From: Vicugna vicugna
Taxonomy: Eukaryota
Reading direction: 5' to 3'
DNA length: 64,000 nt
Assembly (NCBI GenBank): GCA_013265495.1
Contig: MU058065.1
Span: 9,217,819-9,281,818, forward strand
Position 1 is the stretch's first letter. Each line of letters begins with the position of its first letter. The notes under the pieces were generated by a model, which was given only the letters and a program-made list of their open reading frames with translations, ran no database searches and was not told the origin of the DNA. Shown in pieces: positions 25,268 through 38,215 of the stretch. The position numbers and the translations under genes are program-made.

Positions 25268-27846
25268 AACAATGATAATTATAATAATTACTATAATAAT
25301 GAGATCTGTGGGACACATTCCTAACATTTTAACAGGCTCTTTCTTACTGCTTTCTCCTCCATGGTGGGACATTTCCCACTTCCTTTAATGCATTTTCCTG
25401 TATTATTCATCGTGAGTGTCTGTCTTTGACGGCATCTGAAACAGGGTCAGTGCTAGCTAGCTTCCCTACTAAAACCAGCCTGACTTTCTCAGATAGGATC
25501 TTTGCGATATAACAGGATAAGATGACTTTAGGCTTTTGATGCATTCTAACCATAATTATTTCAAGAATTTGCTTCCAATTTGAGTAAGAAAGAACTTAAG
25601 CAGCTGCTTGGATCATATACCTTGAAAATTGTCTGATTGATTTACCACAGATTACATTTGGGATTTTATTTGACCTGTTGTTCACTGTTAGTCTGCAAAA
25701 GCATCCAGATATTTCCCTTACAGCTCATGTGTTTTCAAAGGTGTCCAGAAATTATCTTTCTTTATAATTTCAGACAATTGAAAAATACTTACATTCTGTG
25801 TAGATTTGTGACTGTCAGAAAGTGGAAATGTGTAAATGATAAAAGGAAAATAAACAGTGGTTTCTTACCTATATCCCTTTCCAAAAATAGTTTTATGTTG
25901 TCACACCTCATCTGCACCCTTCTTCTCTCGGTTCTTATCCCCTCTGTGTTTGGGGCTTCACCTTGAGCGTGGTAACATTGGGTGACTTGCCCAGGAGAAA
26001 TGAGGGCCCTGCCGGGGGGCACAGACGTTACCGTGTGCTTTTCTAGTTGTTTAAGCCGTGTCTTTCCAACACGATTTAAACAATTTTTGCACATAAGAAT
26101 TCTTAAATATCCTGGTAAGGACTTAATACATTTCAGACCGCTCAGTAACTGCGTTCGTGGAGAACTGCTCCAGATGCCAAACCTCGCAGATTGCAAGGAA
26201 TGATAGGGAAGGGATAAGGGAGAGAACTGTTTCATCTCCCGCAGCTCAGTTAGACTAGCAGCACGACAGCCACTTTCTGGTATTAGAGTCACCAAATCCA
26301 CTGGCCTTTCCTTGGGTGATTGCCTTTTCACCTTACAGCCCTAGATGCAGTTTATCACCCTCAGATGGATCTTCCTAAAATTATATCGTGCTCCTCCAGA
26401 AAACCCTCCTGACCCCCCTGCCCCATTACTCTTTGAATAAACTCCAGTCCCTTGGCTCACTGTTCAGACTCTCTCAACCCAGTCTTAGCTCTCCCCTCCA
26501 GCCCAGACGCTGCCACGCTCCTTCATGGAACCGCCTTCGGAGTCACAAACTTACCACGTCTTTTCCTTTCTACTTCTCCTACCCCAACTCTGCTGTTAAA
26601 ATCCTGCCAGGCTCCTAGGTTCTGTCTTAAAGGCTTGATCAACCCCAGACTAACCCACCAGTGACTTTTCCTGCCTCCGAGTTATCGGAACCACTTATGC
26701 AGCCTTACACACCACCTCTTTCACTGTGGTTAGTTGTGTTCAGTGTCATCCTCCTTAATGAGCTAGGAGCGTCTGTAGATCAGGAACTTTATTCTGTATG
26801 TCTGTGGCGCTTTCGGTACTTTTCTTTAAAAGCCGAGTAAGTAGAGAACAAAAGAGGTTTTAAATAATTTTTCAATTTTTTTTCATTACATTTTACTTGT
26901 ATTATCTCTGACAGTTCAGTGAAATCAAACTACTCTTGATAGGCTATTTGCAGGGTTTATTCAAAACTTCATGTGGTATAATGAGAATTTTTTTCATTTT
27001 TATGAAAAAGGAGACTAAAATATTATTTTTATAGTGCTCTTCAACACTGAGTGCTCAGGTTCAATTTATTTCTGATGTAGAGCTCTTAGCATCTAATTAT
27101 ATCCAGTGTCTAGTGAAGGGAATGTGACTCTTGGAAGAGTGAGTTGCGGCCACACCCCCACCGCACCCTCCCGGTGGTCACGACCCAGGAGGGAGCTGAA
27201 GTGTGTCCTTCCCAGACTGAGACAGAGTGTGGTGGCCCTACTGCGTAGGTGTCGCAAGCACTGTTAGAAACAAGCAGTTTTTCCATTTCAGTAAATGAAA
27301 AACCTTGCAACAGATTCTAAAAACTGAGAACAGTGTCTTAAGGCCTTGAAAAATTTCTGGTTACTCTCACCTAAAAACGGGCAAGGCATGCACGGGAGGA
27401 TTCTGATGTTGCTCCTGTCAGTTGTCCGGACGTGAGCCCCCTGTCCCTAGGCAACCTCTCACCCCTAATTTTATGCCAGACTGATCTTGTAGGACCAGAT
27501 GCTGTGGCCCACAGAGTGACGTTGCTAGAATGTTTGTGTGTTTTGAGTCCTTGTTAACCCTGTTGTCATTTTATTCTATTCAAGGTGAGCCAGGTACATG
27601 TTACAAAGAACTTTTCCGACCATATCTCAAAATGTGCCACTGCTTGGGTGGATAGTGATAGAGGATAAGGGTCTCAGGCAGAAGACCCAGGCACTGTCCC
27701 TTTTCCATTGTGTCTTTTTCTCTCTAGCAGAGTTGACATTCTGTGAATAAAGTTTTATTTATTTTGAGAACTCTTATGACAGTTAAATTCTGAATTCACA
27801 TAGAGGTTGCTTGAATAACTGGATGTTAAATTACTTTCTCAAGGAG

Positions 27847-27849
<3 letters not shown>

Positions 27850-27883
<34 letters not shown>
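27850..27883 (+). repeat. (GT)n microsatellite
   Basis: Perfect dinucleotide run of about 17 units. Confidence 0.95.
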
Positions 27884-27884
<1 letters not shown>

Positions 27885-28049
27885 GATGTCATGTCATGTC
27901 CCTGAGGCTTTTGTATGATTTCTCTCATCTCTCTCTTTTGGAATAGTTGAGCCTCTCATCGATTCAGCACCTCCCAATAAACCCCTTGCAGAAAAGGATT
28001 TTATGCTTTCCCATCTAGCATTCTTTCTACTTACTGCTTTAGAAAAGTT

Positions 28050-28152
28050 ACTCATTTACTAAGCAAATATTTATCGAGAGCTTACCATATGCCAGGCTCT
28101 CTTTAAGGCGCTGGGATACAGCAGTGAACAAAGCAGATAAGATTCCTGTCTT
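28050..28152 (-). mobile_element. L2 3' terminus
   Basis: ctcatttactaagcaaatatttatcgagagcttaccatatgccaggc...gctgggatacagcagtgaacaaagcaga. Confidence 0.75.
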
Positions 28153-28925
28153 CGTTTCAGAGACAGTCCTCAAACTTAATTATGCAGAAACCGAGAATGT
28201 TCAAACCATCAGTTAGGGGGCAGAAGGGTAGAGCAGAGGGAGGTGTGCTTTTGTGAAAAACAAAATGAATTTAAATAATAATCTTACAAGGCACCACTAA
28301 GCCATATTCTCCCAGGGAGTTTAAGTCAGTAGCTGATAGGTTGTGGTCTGGAAGGTTTGCACCTGCTTACGTCTCAAATACACATGAGTAACTTGTGCAG
28401 GAGGGAATCTGAGCTCTGTCTTACTCTCTTGTTTAGATACCTTAAATTGACATCTCATATGACGTCTTTTAAAAATAATTAAAATTGCCCTCTTCCCTCT
28501 CTCTCTTCCTGGCTGTCATGGGTCAAAATAAGCAGAAGGCAGTCACCGTGTTTGCTTTCAGTCTTGGCACACACTTGTTTGATTCCGGACAGCTGTGGAT
28601 TAGACAACTTCTTGATTTATAGAGACCAGTATCCTGGTCTCTGTTAGCAGCGCAGTGCACTGTGGTAGTGAAGGACATGTGCTAAATTGTAAGTTTCCTG
28701 AGGCCGGTCCCTGGTGAGAAACATTTCTGGGCTTCGCACTGAATCAGTTTTTACAAAGCTCCTTGAACTGAACTTCCTGCTTTTAACTCTCAAAACTTTT
28801 ATTCTCAGTCTGTTGCTTTATGGAGGTTATTTTCAAAACAGGTTTTTCAAGCTGTATGTTCTCAGTAGAAAGAGACCTCAGCTAATTTCCTTTCAGATTA
28901 TGAACCTTTTAAAATTTAAGTTGTA

Positions 28926-29040
28926 GGGGAGGGTATAGCTCAGTGATAGAGTGCTTCCTTCGCATGGCATGAGGTCCTGGGTTCAATCCCCAGCACCTCT
29001 ATTACAAAAAAATAAACAATTAAATCTACCCCCCCAAAAA
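28926..29040 (+). mobile_element. tRNA-derived SINE, Vic-1-like (camelid)
   Basis: ggggagggtatagctcagtgatagag (A box)...gtcctgggttcaatccccagcacct (B box), an A-rich linker, then a C-run and A tail. Three similar copies occur in the window. Confidence 0.85.
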
Positions 29041-29319
29041 ATTATAGTTGAAAGGTTGGTTGTTACACTACTGTGATGTTTTTACCATGAAAGTCACTGT
29101 AATAGAATAATAAGTTTGTTAATGAAAAGTATTTTGTATGTCTGAGATGTCTAGAAAGATCCCTAGTTAGAATTTATATTACCCACCCCCTCAGAACATG
29201 CACGTCTCAGAGTTGAAAGAAAGTTTCTGTTGAAAAGGGTATTCATAAAGCCAAGCACACTTTCATACCAAAATGCATGATCATTTCAGTGGTATATAAT
29301 CTTTTTTCTTTTATTTTAA

Positions 29320-29410
29320 ACGAATTTTAAACACCTTTATTGTGGTATGGTTCCTGTACAAACGACACGTATTTCAGATGTATAGTTTGTTGAATTTTGA
29401 TAGATGTAAT
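29320..29410 (-). mobile_element. Old L1 3' end fragment
   Basis: acacctttattgtggtatggtt...tatttcagatgtatagtttgttgaattttgatagatgta. Confidence 0.55.
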
Positions 29411-31169
29411 AGTATATAATCTTAAAGGGAAAAATTTGATTCTTAGCCAAAGAGGTTGCTTCCTGCCAGATTTGAGGAATTTGACAGGCCCTGAGAGACT
29501 CTACAACGTTCTAGAAGAGATCCATTTCATCCAAAGGAGTGTCACTGAGGCCCCAGCCCTGAAAAGGTTTAGCCTGACACTTCATCACTGGCAAGGAGAG
29601 CTACCGTTGGGACCCAGGCGAGGAGCCCTGTCTAGAGAGGGTGTGTTCAGGGTGTGTGGGGGGAGGGGCACCCCCGTGTTGTTGACAGAAGACTCATTGC
29701 CGTGGTCTGTTGCTGGGAATAGGTTAGTAGGACTGGAGGGGTAGGGCAAAGGGAATGGTGTGGGAGCCGTCTGAATAGCGGCTGGCAAATACTGGGCCTG
29801 ATCTAATCCAGGGAAATCAGCAAAGCCAAGGATAACAGACACAGAGTTCAGAAGGCCCTTAGGGGGGCCCACACTTGGGAGATGAGGGAACCAAAAGGAG
29901 TGGGAACTGGGGCTGTCATAGGGCAGAAATCCGTGCCAGGGGTGCAGGTCCTTGAGGACCAGTTCCAGGAAGGGGGCTTGTTGCTGTCCCCACTGTCCAA
30001 GTATGCTTTCCTCCCCACTCTAGCCCGTCTCAGGGATCCAAATCCCCAAGCAGAAGGGATTGTTCATCCATCCGATCACGGTTAAGCACCCACAATATGT
30101 GTGAAGGGGTTGGGGATACAAAGATGATTTGTCCTTAAGGACTCACGGCCTGGTGCGGAAGACAGGCCAGTAAGTAAGCACCAACAGAAGAGAGAGAACT
30201 GCCATGAAGGAGGCGAGGGGTCAGAGTGACCACGTGTTCTGGTCTGGCCTGGACAGCCCTGTCACTGCTGTTGTATCAGTAATTATTAGTAGTGCCCTTG
30301 TCGTGGTGGGTGTCTGAGTGTGGGTCCCCCGTGGGTAAGGTGCTGGATGGCATGCCGGGGAGAAGGTGGTCAGCCCTGCCTGAGGAGCTGCGGGATGGGA
30401 CAGTGGGAGTCTTGAAGGATGAGTTTGGCGCATAGATGAGGAATAGGATTTAGGTCCAGGGGATAATTTTCCCACCAAAGGGAACAGTGTTGACTCGGTC
30501 TTTCAGCAGATGACACCCGGCTGAGTTGGGGATCTGGACGTAATTCCTGGAAAGCTGGACAAGTCTGGAGACAGCCTTGTAAAGCCGCGCTGGACACTTA
30601 GAAGAGCATGGGCCTGGGGGTGGGTGTGGACCTGGAATAGGGGGCTTCCCCCTTGGCACTTCTGTGTTCCCTAATTGCCAACGTGGGGACAGAGTGGCTT
30701 GTCTGAACTTAGAGAAGAGAAAGTGTGTGTAGACCCGCATTTCCTAATATTAGATCCTTTCCACTCATGCTTAGTCACTCAGCATTTGCTCTCTTATAAA
30801 TGTGCTTCTGAAAGGTGTTAAGTGAAATTTGAATTCCTCCTTAGTATATGGGTTCACCGTGTGGCTGTTTTGTTTTTAAAGTAATTATTTCTTCCAAGTT
30901 CCGTTGTTTATAGCTCTTAACTCCTTGGCTCTGTGTTGCTCTGATCTGATCTTTCTCGTTAGGTGATTATAAGGTTTGGGAAGCAAATAGACCAGCGTTG
31001 GCTGGGTGCTAACTCCCCGCCCCCATGTTTTGATGGTCCATGGTTACCTGTGTGTATTAAGAGGGTGTAATTTTGTAGTCCTTCAGCGTTGAGACCATCA
31101 CTGCTGTCATCCATTCCCATGGCCCCTTATCACTTGTTTGTTTCATCCCCCCCATGGCCTAAGAGCAGA

Positions 31170-31914
31170 TGTTGTGTACTTTCTGGTACAAATGTATGAT
31201 TTTTTCCAACACCAACCGTTCTCTGACACCAGCTGGGGATGTAACAATTCAATTCTGGCACTAACTGCCCAGAGTTACTGCAGATCCCCCAGGTCAAGGG
31301 CTCAGTCTCCTAAGATATCCCACACTTCAGATGCCAGCTGAAAATGGAGCACCCAGGCCACCCACATTTCTACCCAACTGACTACAAATTTGGGGGTGTC
31401 CACAACCCCCCTCAGATCCAGTAATTTGTTAGAGTGACTCATCGAAATCAGGAAAACAGTTCATTTATATGTATGGGTTTATGATAAAGGGTACAACACA
31501 GGAATGGTCAAATGGAAAGAGGCAAAGTGTGGGAGAGAAGGGATGCAGCTTTTCCAGGCCCTCTCCTGGTAGGCTGGCTTCCCAGCACTTCAGTGCCTTT
31601 ACCAGCCCAGAAGCTCTGAATCTCCTTAGTCAAGAGTTTATAACCCAGTCTGCAGCCCCCATCCCCTTCCTGGAGGCTGAAGTTCCCACCCTCTCATCAT
31701 GCATTTGGTCTTTCTGAGGACCAGCCCCTAGCCTGAAGCTATCTGACAGGGGTCCTACCATGAGTCACCTCGTTAGTATAAATTCAGGTGGGGACAAAAG
31801 GGGCTTGTTGTGAATAACAAAAGACATTGCTATTACTCAGGAAATCCCAAGGAGCTCTGTGCCAGGAACCAGAGACAAAGACCATATATTTAATATATTT
31901 CTTATTAGACCACA
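31170..31914 (-). mobile_element. MER21-family solo LTR
   Basis: ttctctgacaccagctgggg...aattcaattctggcactaact...cacacttcagatgccagc...gagctctgtgccaggaacc...gacaaagacc...tatttcttattagaccaca. Confidence 0.8.
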
Positions 31915-32289
31915 GATATGCACTTGTGGATACATCCTTCTTAAGGCATAGAAGGCTTGTCCTAAGATACTTGAATGTTAGCTTCCTGTAGCCAGGTTAA
32001 TGTTGGAGTTTCTGTTATCCTAAGGGTAGTTCAACCCAAGGGTAGTTCAGTTCAATAAACATTGAATGTCCTAAAGACTAACTGTCCAGTCCCCTCTCAG
32101 GCATCCCTACACGTGTGCCCGAGACCCCATGCAGCCCAACTTGTGTCCTTAAGGACATCGCTCTGGGATTATCCCCCTTTCCACTGTGTTACCAACTTTT
32201 TCTTCTCCCTTTTCCATTCCCACCAATGTCTGTGCTTTTTTCCTCTTGATTTCCTGTCTCCGAACTATCACACCACTTGTTTCCCTTTA

Positions 32290-33660
32290 TTACAAGGTTG
32301 AAAAACTTGTATATACTTGTTATCTCCAGTTTATCTCCTTTAAAAAACTCACCCTGATCAGACTTTTATGTCCCTACTCCATGAAAACTGTTCAAGATCA
32401 TCTGTGACCTCAATGTTGTCAAATCCAGTAGTCAACTTTTGAATCCTCCTCTTCCCTTTATCAGTAATTGACAGTGTGACCAAATCCTTCCTGAAACCCC
32501 TTTTTAAATTTGGCTTTCTGGCCTCCACGTATCCCTGTTTCCCCCCTGGCACTCTGGCTGTTCCATCTCCATCCTCCACAGCAGGTACTTCTTCCTCTCT
32601 ACCTCTGAGTGCTGGCAGGTCCCAGGGCTTGGCTTTGGGCCCTCTTCTTCTCTGTGGGCACTTCGATAAGCCCAAGTGGACTTCAGATATGTGCCGATGC
32701 CCCCCCAGCTTCAAGTTTGCAGTTGGACCTCACCTTTGAGCTCCTGGTGACTCAGCTACGTACAACCCTTCAGTATCTTCGGGGGTGTCTGAGAGGCATC
32801 TTGAACTACAGGCTTCAGACCGGAGGGTAAGTTGCCCTCCTCCCCTTCCTGTTTCTCATCTCAAAGGGCAGTGGCAGCACCATCCTTGGGCTCTTCATGC
32901 CACAAAGCTTCTCTTCCTTTTCTCTCCCCTTCTGCATTCAGCCCACCAGCAGGTCTTGTTGGCACTGCCATTTTGTCTCCCAGTCTCACCACTGTTGCCA
33001 CTGCTCATCCAAACCAGCATCCTTTTCCACTTAGATTGTCATGGTTGCCTCCTAGTTGATCTTCCTGTTCCAATGCTCCCATTGTCTCCTTCTCCTACAC
33101 CTCACTCCCCAACCATCTTTCCCCCGAAAATGTTACGGCTGCTGGCTAAAGTGATCTTCTTGGAGATGCCCATTGGATGGTTTTTCTTTGCTGCTCAGAA
33201 GCCTGCAGGGCTTGCATGATGTGGCCACCTGACTGCCTGTGTTACTTCTCACTCCCTTGCTCCAGCCACATTGCCCTCCTTGCTTCTCTGCTCACATGCC
33301 ACACTCTGCGTCACTTTCCCCTCTTCAAGGAACTGCCTGGTTCTCTCACATCAGTTAGGAAGCGCCTTAAACATCAGTGATTCCTTAAAACACCTAACAT
33401 AGCAGCCTCTGCCCCAGCCACTCCCTATCCCCTTATACTACTTTATTTATCTTCCTGCTTTCTTCCGTTATCATCTGACATTTCACCTGGTGTTCATTTG
33501 TGTATTTATTATCTGTCTGCTGTATTCAAATATCATCTTTAGGAGAGCAGGGGCTTTGTTTATTCCACATATCCATGTACCCATAGCAATTTGAATGATG
33601 CCTGCCACCTAGCAGTGACTCCATAACTATTTGTTGAGGGAGCAAGTGAGTTAATGAATA
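32290..33660 (+). mobile_element. L2 LINE, ~1.4 kb of degenerate ORF2 end and 3' terminus
   Basis: gtgacctcaatgttgtcaaatccagtagtcaactttt...ttgacagtgtgacc (decayed RT region), pyrimidine-rich body, ends in tatttgttga...aatgaat. Confidence 0.75.
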
Positions 33661-36600
33661 GGGGGAGCTTGCTCTTTTTTAGAAACTGTGTATAGGAGTT
33701 ACACATGGTCTTTGTCTTCAAGAGTCTTAGGCTAGTTAGGAGGAGAGGGGACTGGCTACATAAATAGGTCATTTTAATATAATCGCAATGACAGGGAATA
33801 AGGTAGCAGCACAAAAAATTGGTGGGGTCAGAGATTTTGAAGGTGCCATCTGTGTTGAGTCTTCAAGAAGGGATTCTAGAAATAGGTGGCCACTGTAAAG
33901 TATAATAGTTAACTATATAGCAGATAAAGCAGAAGACCAGTTTCGGCCAAGGCACAGTGAACCAGGATTATATTATAGGAAGGGGGAAGGTATTTAAGTT
34001 GAGATGATAGTGACCTGTAGAGTTATTTTTTTTTCCTTTTTAATAAAACATTCAAATACCAGTCTACTTGAATCACTGGAAGGATTGAGGAATTATGTTT
34101 GTTCCAAAGTAATAGGAGGAGAGTTTGGGTTGAGGGCATTACTTAAAATTACAAGCTTATGTGTCTGGAAAAATTGCCATCTTGCATTTTTAGTCACCAA
34201 CTGGAAAAAATTTTCAGAGTTGTTAAATATGCCTAAATGTGTATATGTATAAATGCAATGTTTTAATGAATGAGTGGTAAATGACTGAATGTTGAAATGA
34301 ATTTTGTAAGTGTAAACAGATGTTAATTCATTATGTTTTATGACAGAACCCCCAGTTGCTCTTGGTGATAAATCATAATGTTATTCAGGAGGCAGAATGT
34401 TGGATATATATACAGAATTCTGATTCTCAGTCATTAGTGACTTCTACAAAGGAGGTGCTCTCCTTGGGGTATGGAACCTCCCCTTGGGACGTTCGTGTTT
34501 GGTGTCTCTGTGCATAGGTGGTCAGCTTGAGGTTTGAAAAGAATGTGCCCAGTTATCTTAGGAACATCCTAAGCCTTGTAGATGTGTTAGTCTAATTTCA
34601 CAAAAATATAGCAATTGAGGGATAAGTTAGAATGTATACATTTTCTTCTAATCTTTTTCCTTCAGTCCACCCCAAGAGCAAAACATGAGAAATCACCCAG
34701 AGGGAGAGAAGATTTGGCTTGTTTGCACCATAGACCTTTATCTTTGGGAAACAGGCATGTATCCTCGTAGGTTACCTACTTAAGACCTTAGATTGCCACC
34801 GGAGGGGTCCATGTCCACTTTTATCTGTACTTTCATAAAGCATGGGTTGCCAAGGGCTCTTGAATGTTTAAGATTTGCTAGTTTTTAAGCCATTGCTTTG
34901 TTTGCTTTCAAAAGACGTGTTGTCACACTCACATATCCCACCTCACATTCCATCCTGCAACGTGGCTGCTGCTTCTCTCTGAATTTATTATTGCCTTGGC
35001 CATGGTTAATAGCAGAGGCTTGTACATAACTTACTCATGTCAATAGCATTATGGATAAAAATAAGGGTATTAAAAATGACAGAATCCCATCCATGATCAG
35101 AGAAAAATATTAAAGAAAAATGTTACTGGAGTATAAAGATGTTAGGCCATAAAGTATAAAATGAATCCGTGTAGCTATGTACGATTACGTGATATGAGTG
35201 AGTCATTGCTGTCTGGTTACTCAGTACCTGGAACGTGGGTATGAGGAAGAAGGAAGTGTGGAAATGTGTATGGGTGTTTCTTGAGCATTGTTCCTAAAAC
35301 AAATGGAAAGCGGTGTATAATGCTTTGAACTTCTGCTTCCTTTTCGTCATGTAATGTAGTTTTCATTATAACAGTGTGCTGTCTGTGATTGTACAAGACA
35401 AAGCGTGCTTTGTCTTGCGGGCACAGATAAGGTAGCATACATGAATCTTAAAAGTTGAAAATCTTGTAATTTCCTATATTTAAAGATTTTGACTTTTCTT
35501 TGGTGTTTGCATATATCTGGCACATATCTGGAACAGAGCTTACAAAGTTAAAATCAGTGAACATTTTGGCTGTGAATATGGAGGTTGAGTTTGAGTGAAT
35601 GTGTGGCTAGCGATCAGTTGGTTGTAGGTTCTCCTTGACTTGGCCTCTTCTGGCCTGTCCCGCTGCTGCCTTCATTTCTCTTTTATTGTTGCATCCACTG
35701 CTCTCTTCTCCACGTGTTCAAATCCTACTCATCTTTCAAGATGTGCCAGGGGTACACCTGCATTTTTGAAGCCTCTTCCCAAAAGGCTATTTGGTGGTCC
35801 TAACACGTATTTTCCATAGCATGCATGATGTCACGGTCATATGGACTTTATACCATCATATTTCATTCATTGTTTCCTGTGTAAGTATTGGACTTAGACA
35901 AGAGGAAGCTACAGAAAGTCCCTTTTGAGCAGGGACTATTCAGTTATACTTAACTTTCCTTCCTCAAGCTCATTGGTCTTAAAATCTATCCCGTTTGTTT
36001 GCTTATCTATCACTAACTTGAAGTCCTGCCATCCTGATGTACCATGGACATTCTAAACATACACAAGAATAGAAACTTAAAAAAAATGATGAATAAAGAC
36101 ATGTAAATAGAAATGCTAATATTTTATGTCCACATTTCAGTGGCTCATCTTGGGCATGCCCTGGGATGCCCACACCTCACTTTGGAGTGTTGGGTACACA
36201 TTAGGGACCCAGGAAGTATTTATTTTTAGCCTTCAGCTATTCTCCGCTGGTTGCTAACCAATTTTCTATCCTTCCAAAATGAAACTCAAAGCAGTAGTCT
36301 AAGTATGTTTGACATGCAGTTAGGGAGTATCAGGGATCTATTAGAATAAGGTGGGTTGTGCTTGGGCAGTAATTCTTCACACCTCAGGACTTAACACAGC
36401 AAAGGTTTGCGTCCTCCTGATGACACATCCTGATGGGGGCCAGTGGCATTCCTCTGAGACTCTCCTCTAAGTGGTCATGTCACTCCTGTTCAAGCTATGG
36501 TTGTAGCAACTAAACATGGCTTTTAAGGTTGCCGTGGGAGGTGACGAGAGAGCACGGTCAGGCCATCCTCACTGGCGGGTGTGCGGGCACGCAGCCCGGC

Positions 36601-38159
36601 CTCACTGCATAGGAAGCTGGGAGCGCAGTCCCCTACCGTGTGCCTAGGGAGGGGAAACTGGACTGGGATTTAGTCAGAACAGGACACAGCCTCCTGTTTG
36701 CTAGGATCATCTGTTCATTTCATTTGGGTTGTTGCTCTTTGATAACTGAACTCTAGGTTACCATGGAAAGCAAGCTTCTGTGTGAATTTAAACATGAATT
36801 CAGTGGTATAATTTAGAAAGAAAACAAGTCCTCTCAAAGTGCTTTCAGATATTTTCCCCTTAGCATTATAACCACCATACACTTCTACATTTCCATTTCA
36901 GTCTTACTTGAATGCATTTTAAACTACAAAAGTAAAACTGTTCACTCAGTTTTCATGCTTCTGTTGTTTTTCCATTTCTTTCACGCTGCTGTTCAGCACA
37001 GAGACTAGCGGCTTATTGGTTTATTATGAACAAAGACTTTCAGTAATGTCGCGTTTTGCGATTGTTTATAGAAGTAGTTAATATGTCAATGTTTGAAGAT
37101 GTGTCTGAGTGCTTTGATAGTGTATGGTAATAGGTCTGTCTTTGGTCCAGTTCCCATATTCTGGTTTTCTTGGAACCAGTGTGTTTATTAGGAGTTTTAG
37201 AAAATTAGATGCTGATCTCTGCTTTATTAATTCACATATTCATCTATTGGGAGTTGTGACAAAATGGTTCTAACCAGCTTTGAAACTTAAGCCAGTGCAA
37301 TGTTAATTCTTTTGGATTCAACTCTTCCCAGATGGATTATGAATGAATAAAAACCAATTTCCTCTATGCCAGGAAGTTTAATTTTTAGTTAAATTATTTT
37401 TCCAAATATGGATATAGTCAAAGATGGAAGGTAAAGAAATAATAAAATTTTAGAGATGATTACATAAGAATTTTAATATTACTTCTGACCAATAAATTTT
37501 AATTTTAAAGCAATAATCTTAATTTTCATGGTGGGAAAAAAAACCTACCCCTTCACTCCCAATAAATAATGTCATTCTGTATTTTCATTTAATCTAATGT
37601 AGATGATATATTACTTTTTAATTTTACTTCCAATTTTTACCAGTCATTCCTTGTTAATTTTGGTCATGATCAAGTACTTGGCAAAAATGCTTATAATACA
37701 TCCTGCACCTACTTTTCTTGTATCCTCTTAATGTGGAAAAAATATACTTGTTTTCTTGGTAAACAGGTTTTACTGGATATAAAAAGCAAGTTCCAGTTTA
37801 CACATCTCCATGTATTTATTAAAGAGCTAATTATCTTATGTGTTTATCTCTTCTTTTTCCTACAACACAGGATTTCCGTTTGGAAATAGACTAATAAGTT
37901 TTGTATTTTATTTGAATGGTACCAGAGCACCAAATTGAGTATCTTGCTCATTGTTATTATTCATATTTGTAAGTTGATGTCCCCAAAAGTATGATTAAAA
38001 ATCATGGTCAACCAAGCCTTTGAAGACATGAAATAGAACATTAAAGTATCATATAGTTAAAATAGGATTCTGTTAAACCATTAAACTAGATGCACGCTTG
38101 CATTTTGGGGCTTTTGTACCGACTGTTCTCTCTACTTGGAATTCCCCAACCCTGTAACG

Positions 38160-38215
38160 TGTGTGTGTGTGTGTGTGTGTGTGCGTGCGTGCGTGCGTGT
38201 GCCTGCCTGCCTGTC
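38160..38215 (+). repeat. Compound (TG)n(CGTG)n(CCTG)n microsatellite within an L2-like fragment
   Basis: Directly visible. Confidence 0.9.

Noticed and set aside
25789..26331. 180-aa minus-strand ORF
   Set aside because: No recognisable protein family; compatible with a random intronic ORF.
28926..29000. Possible tRNA gene
   Set aside because: It has A/B boxes but also a SINE tail, several diverged copies and no intact cloverleaf, so it is a SINE.
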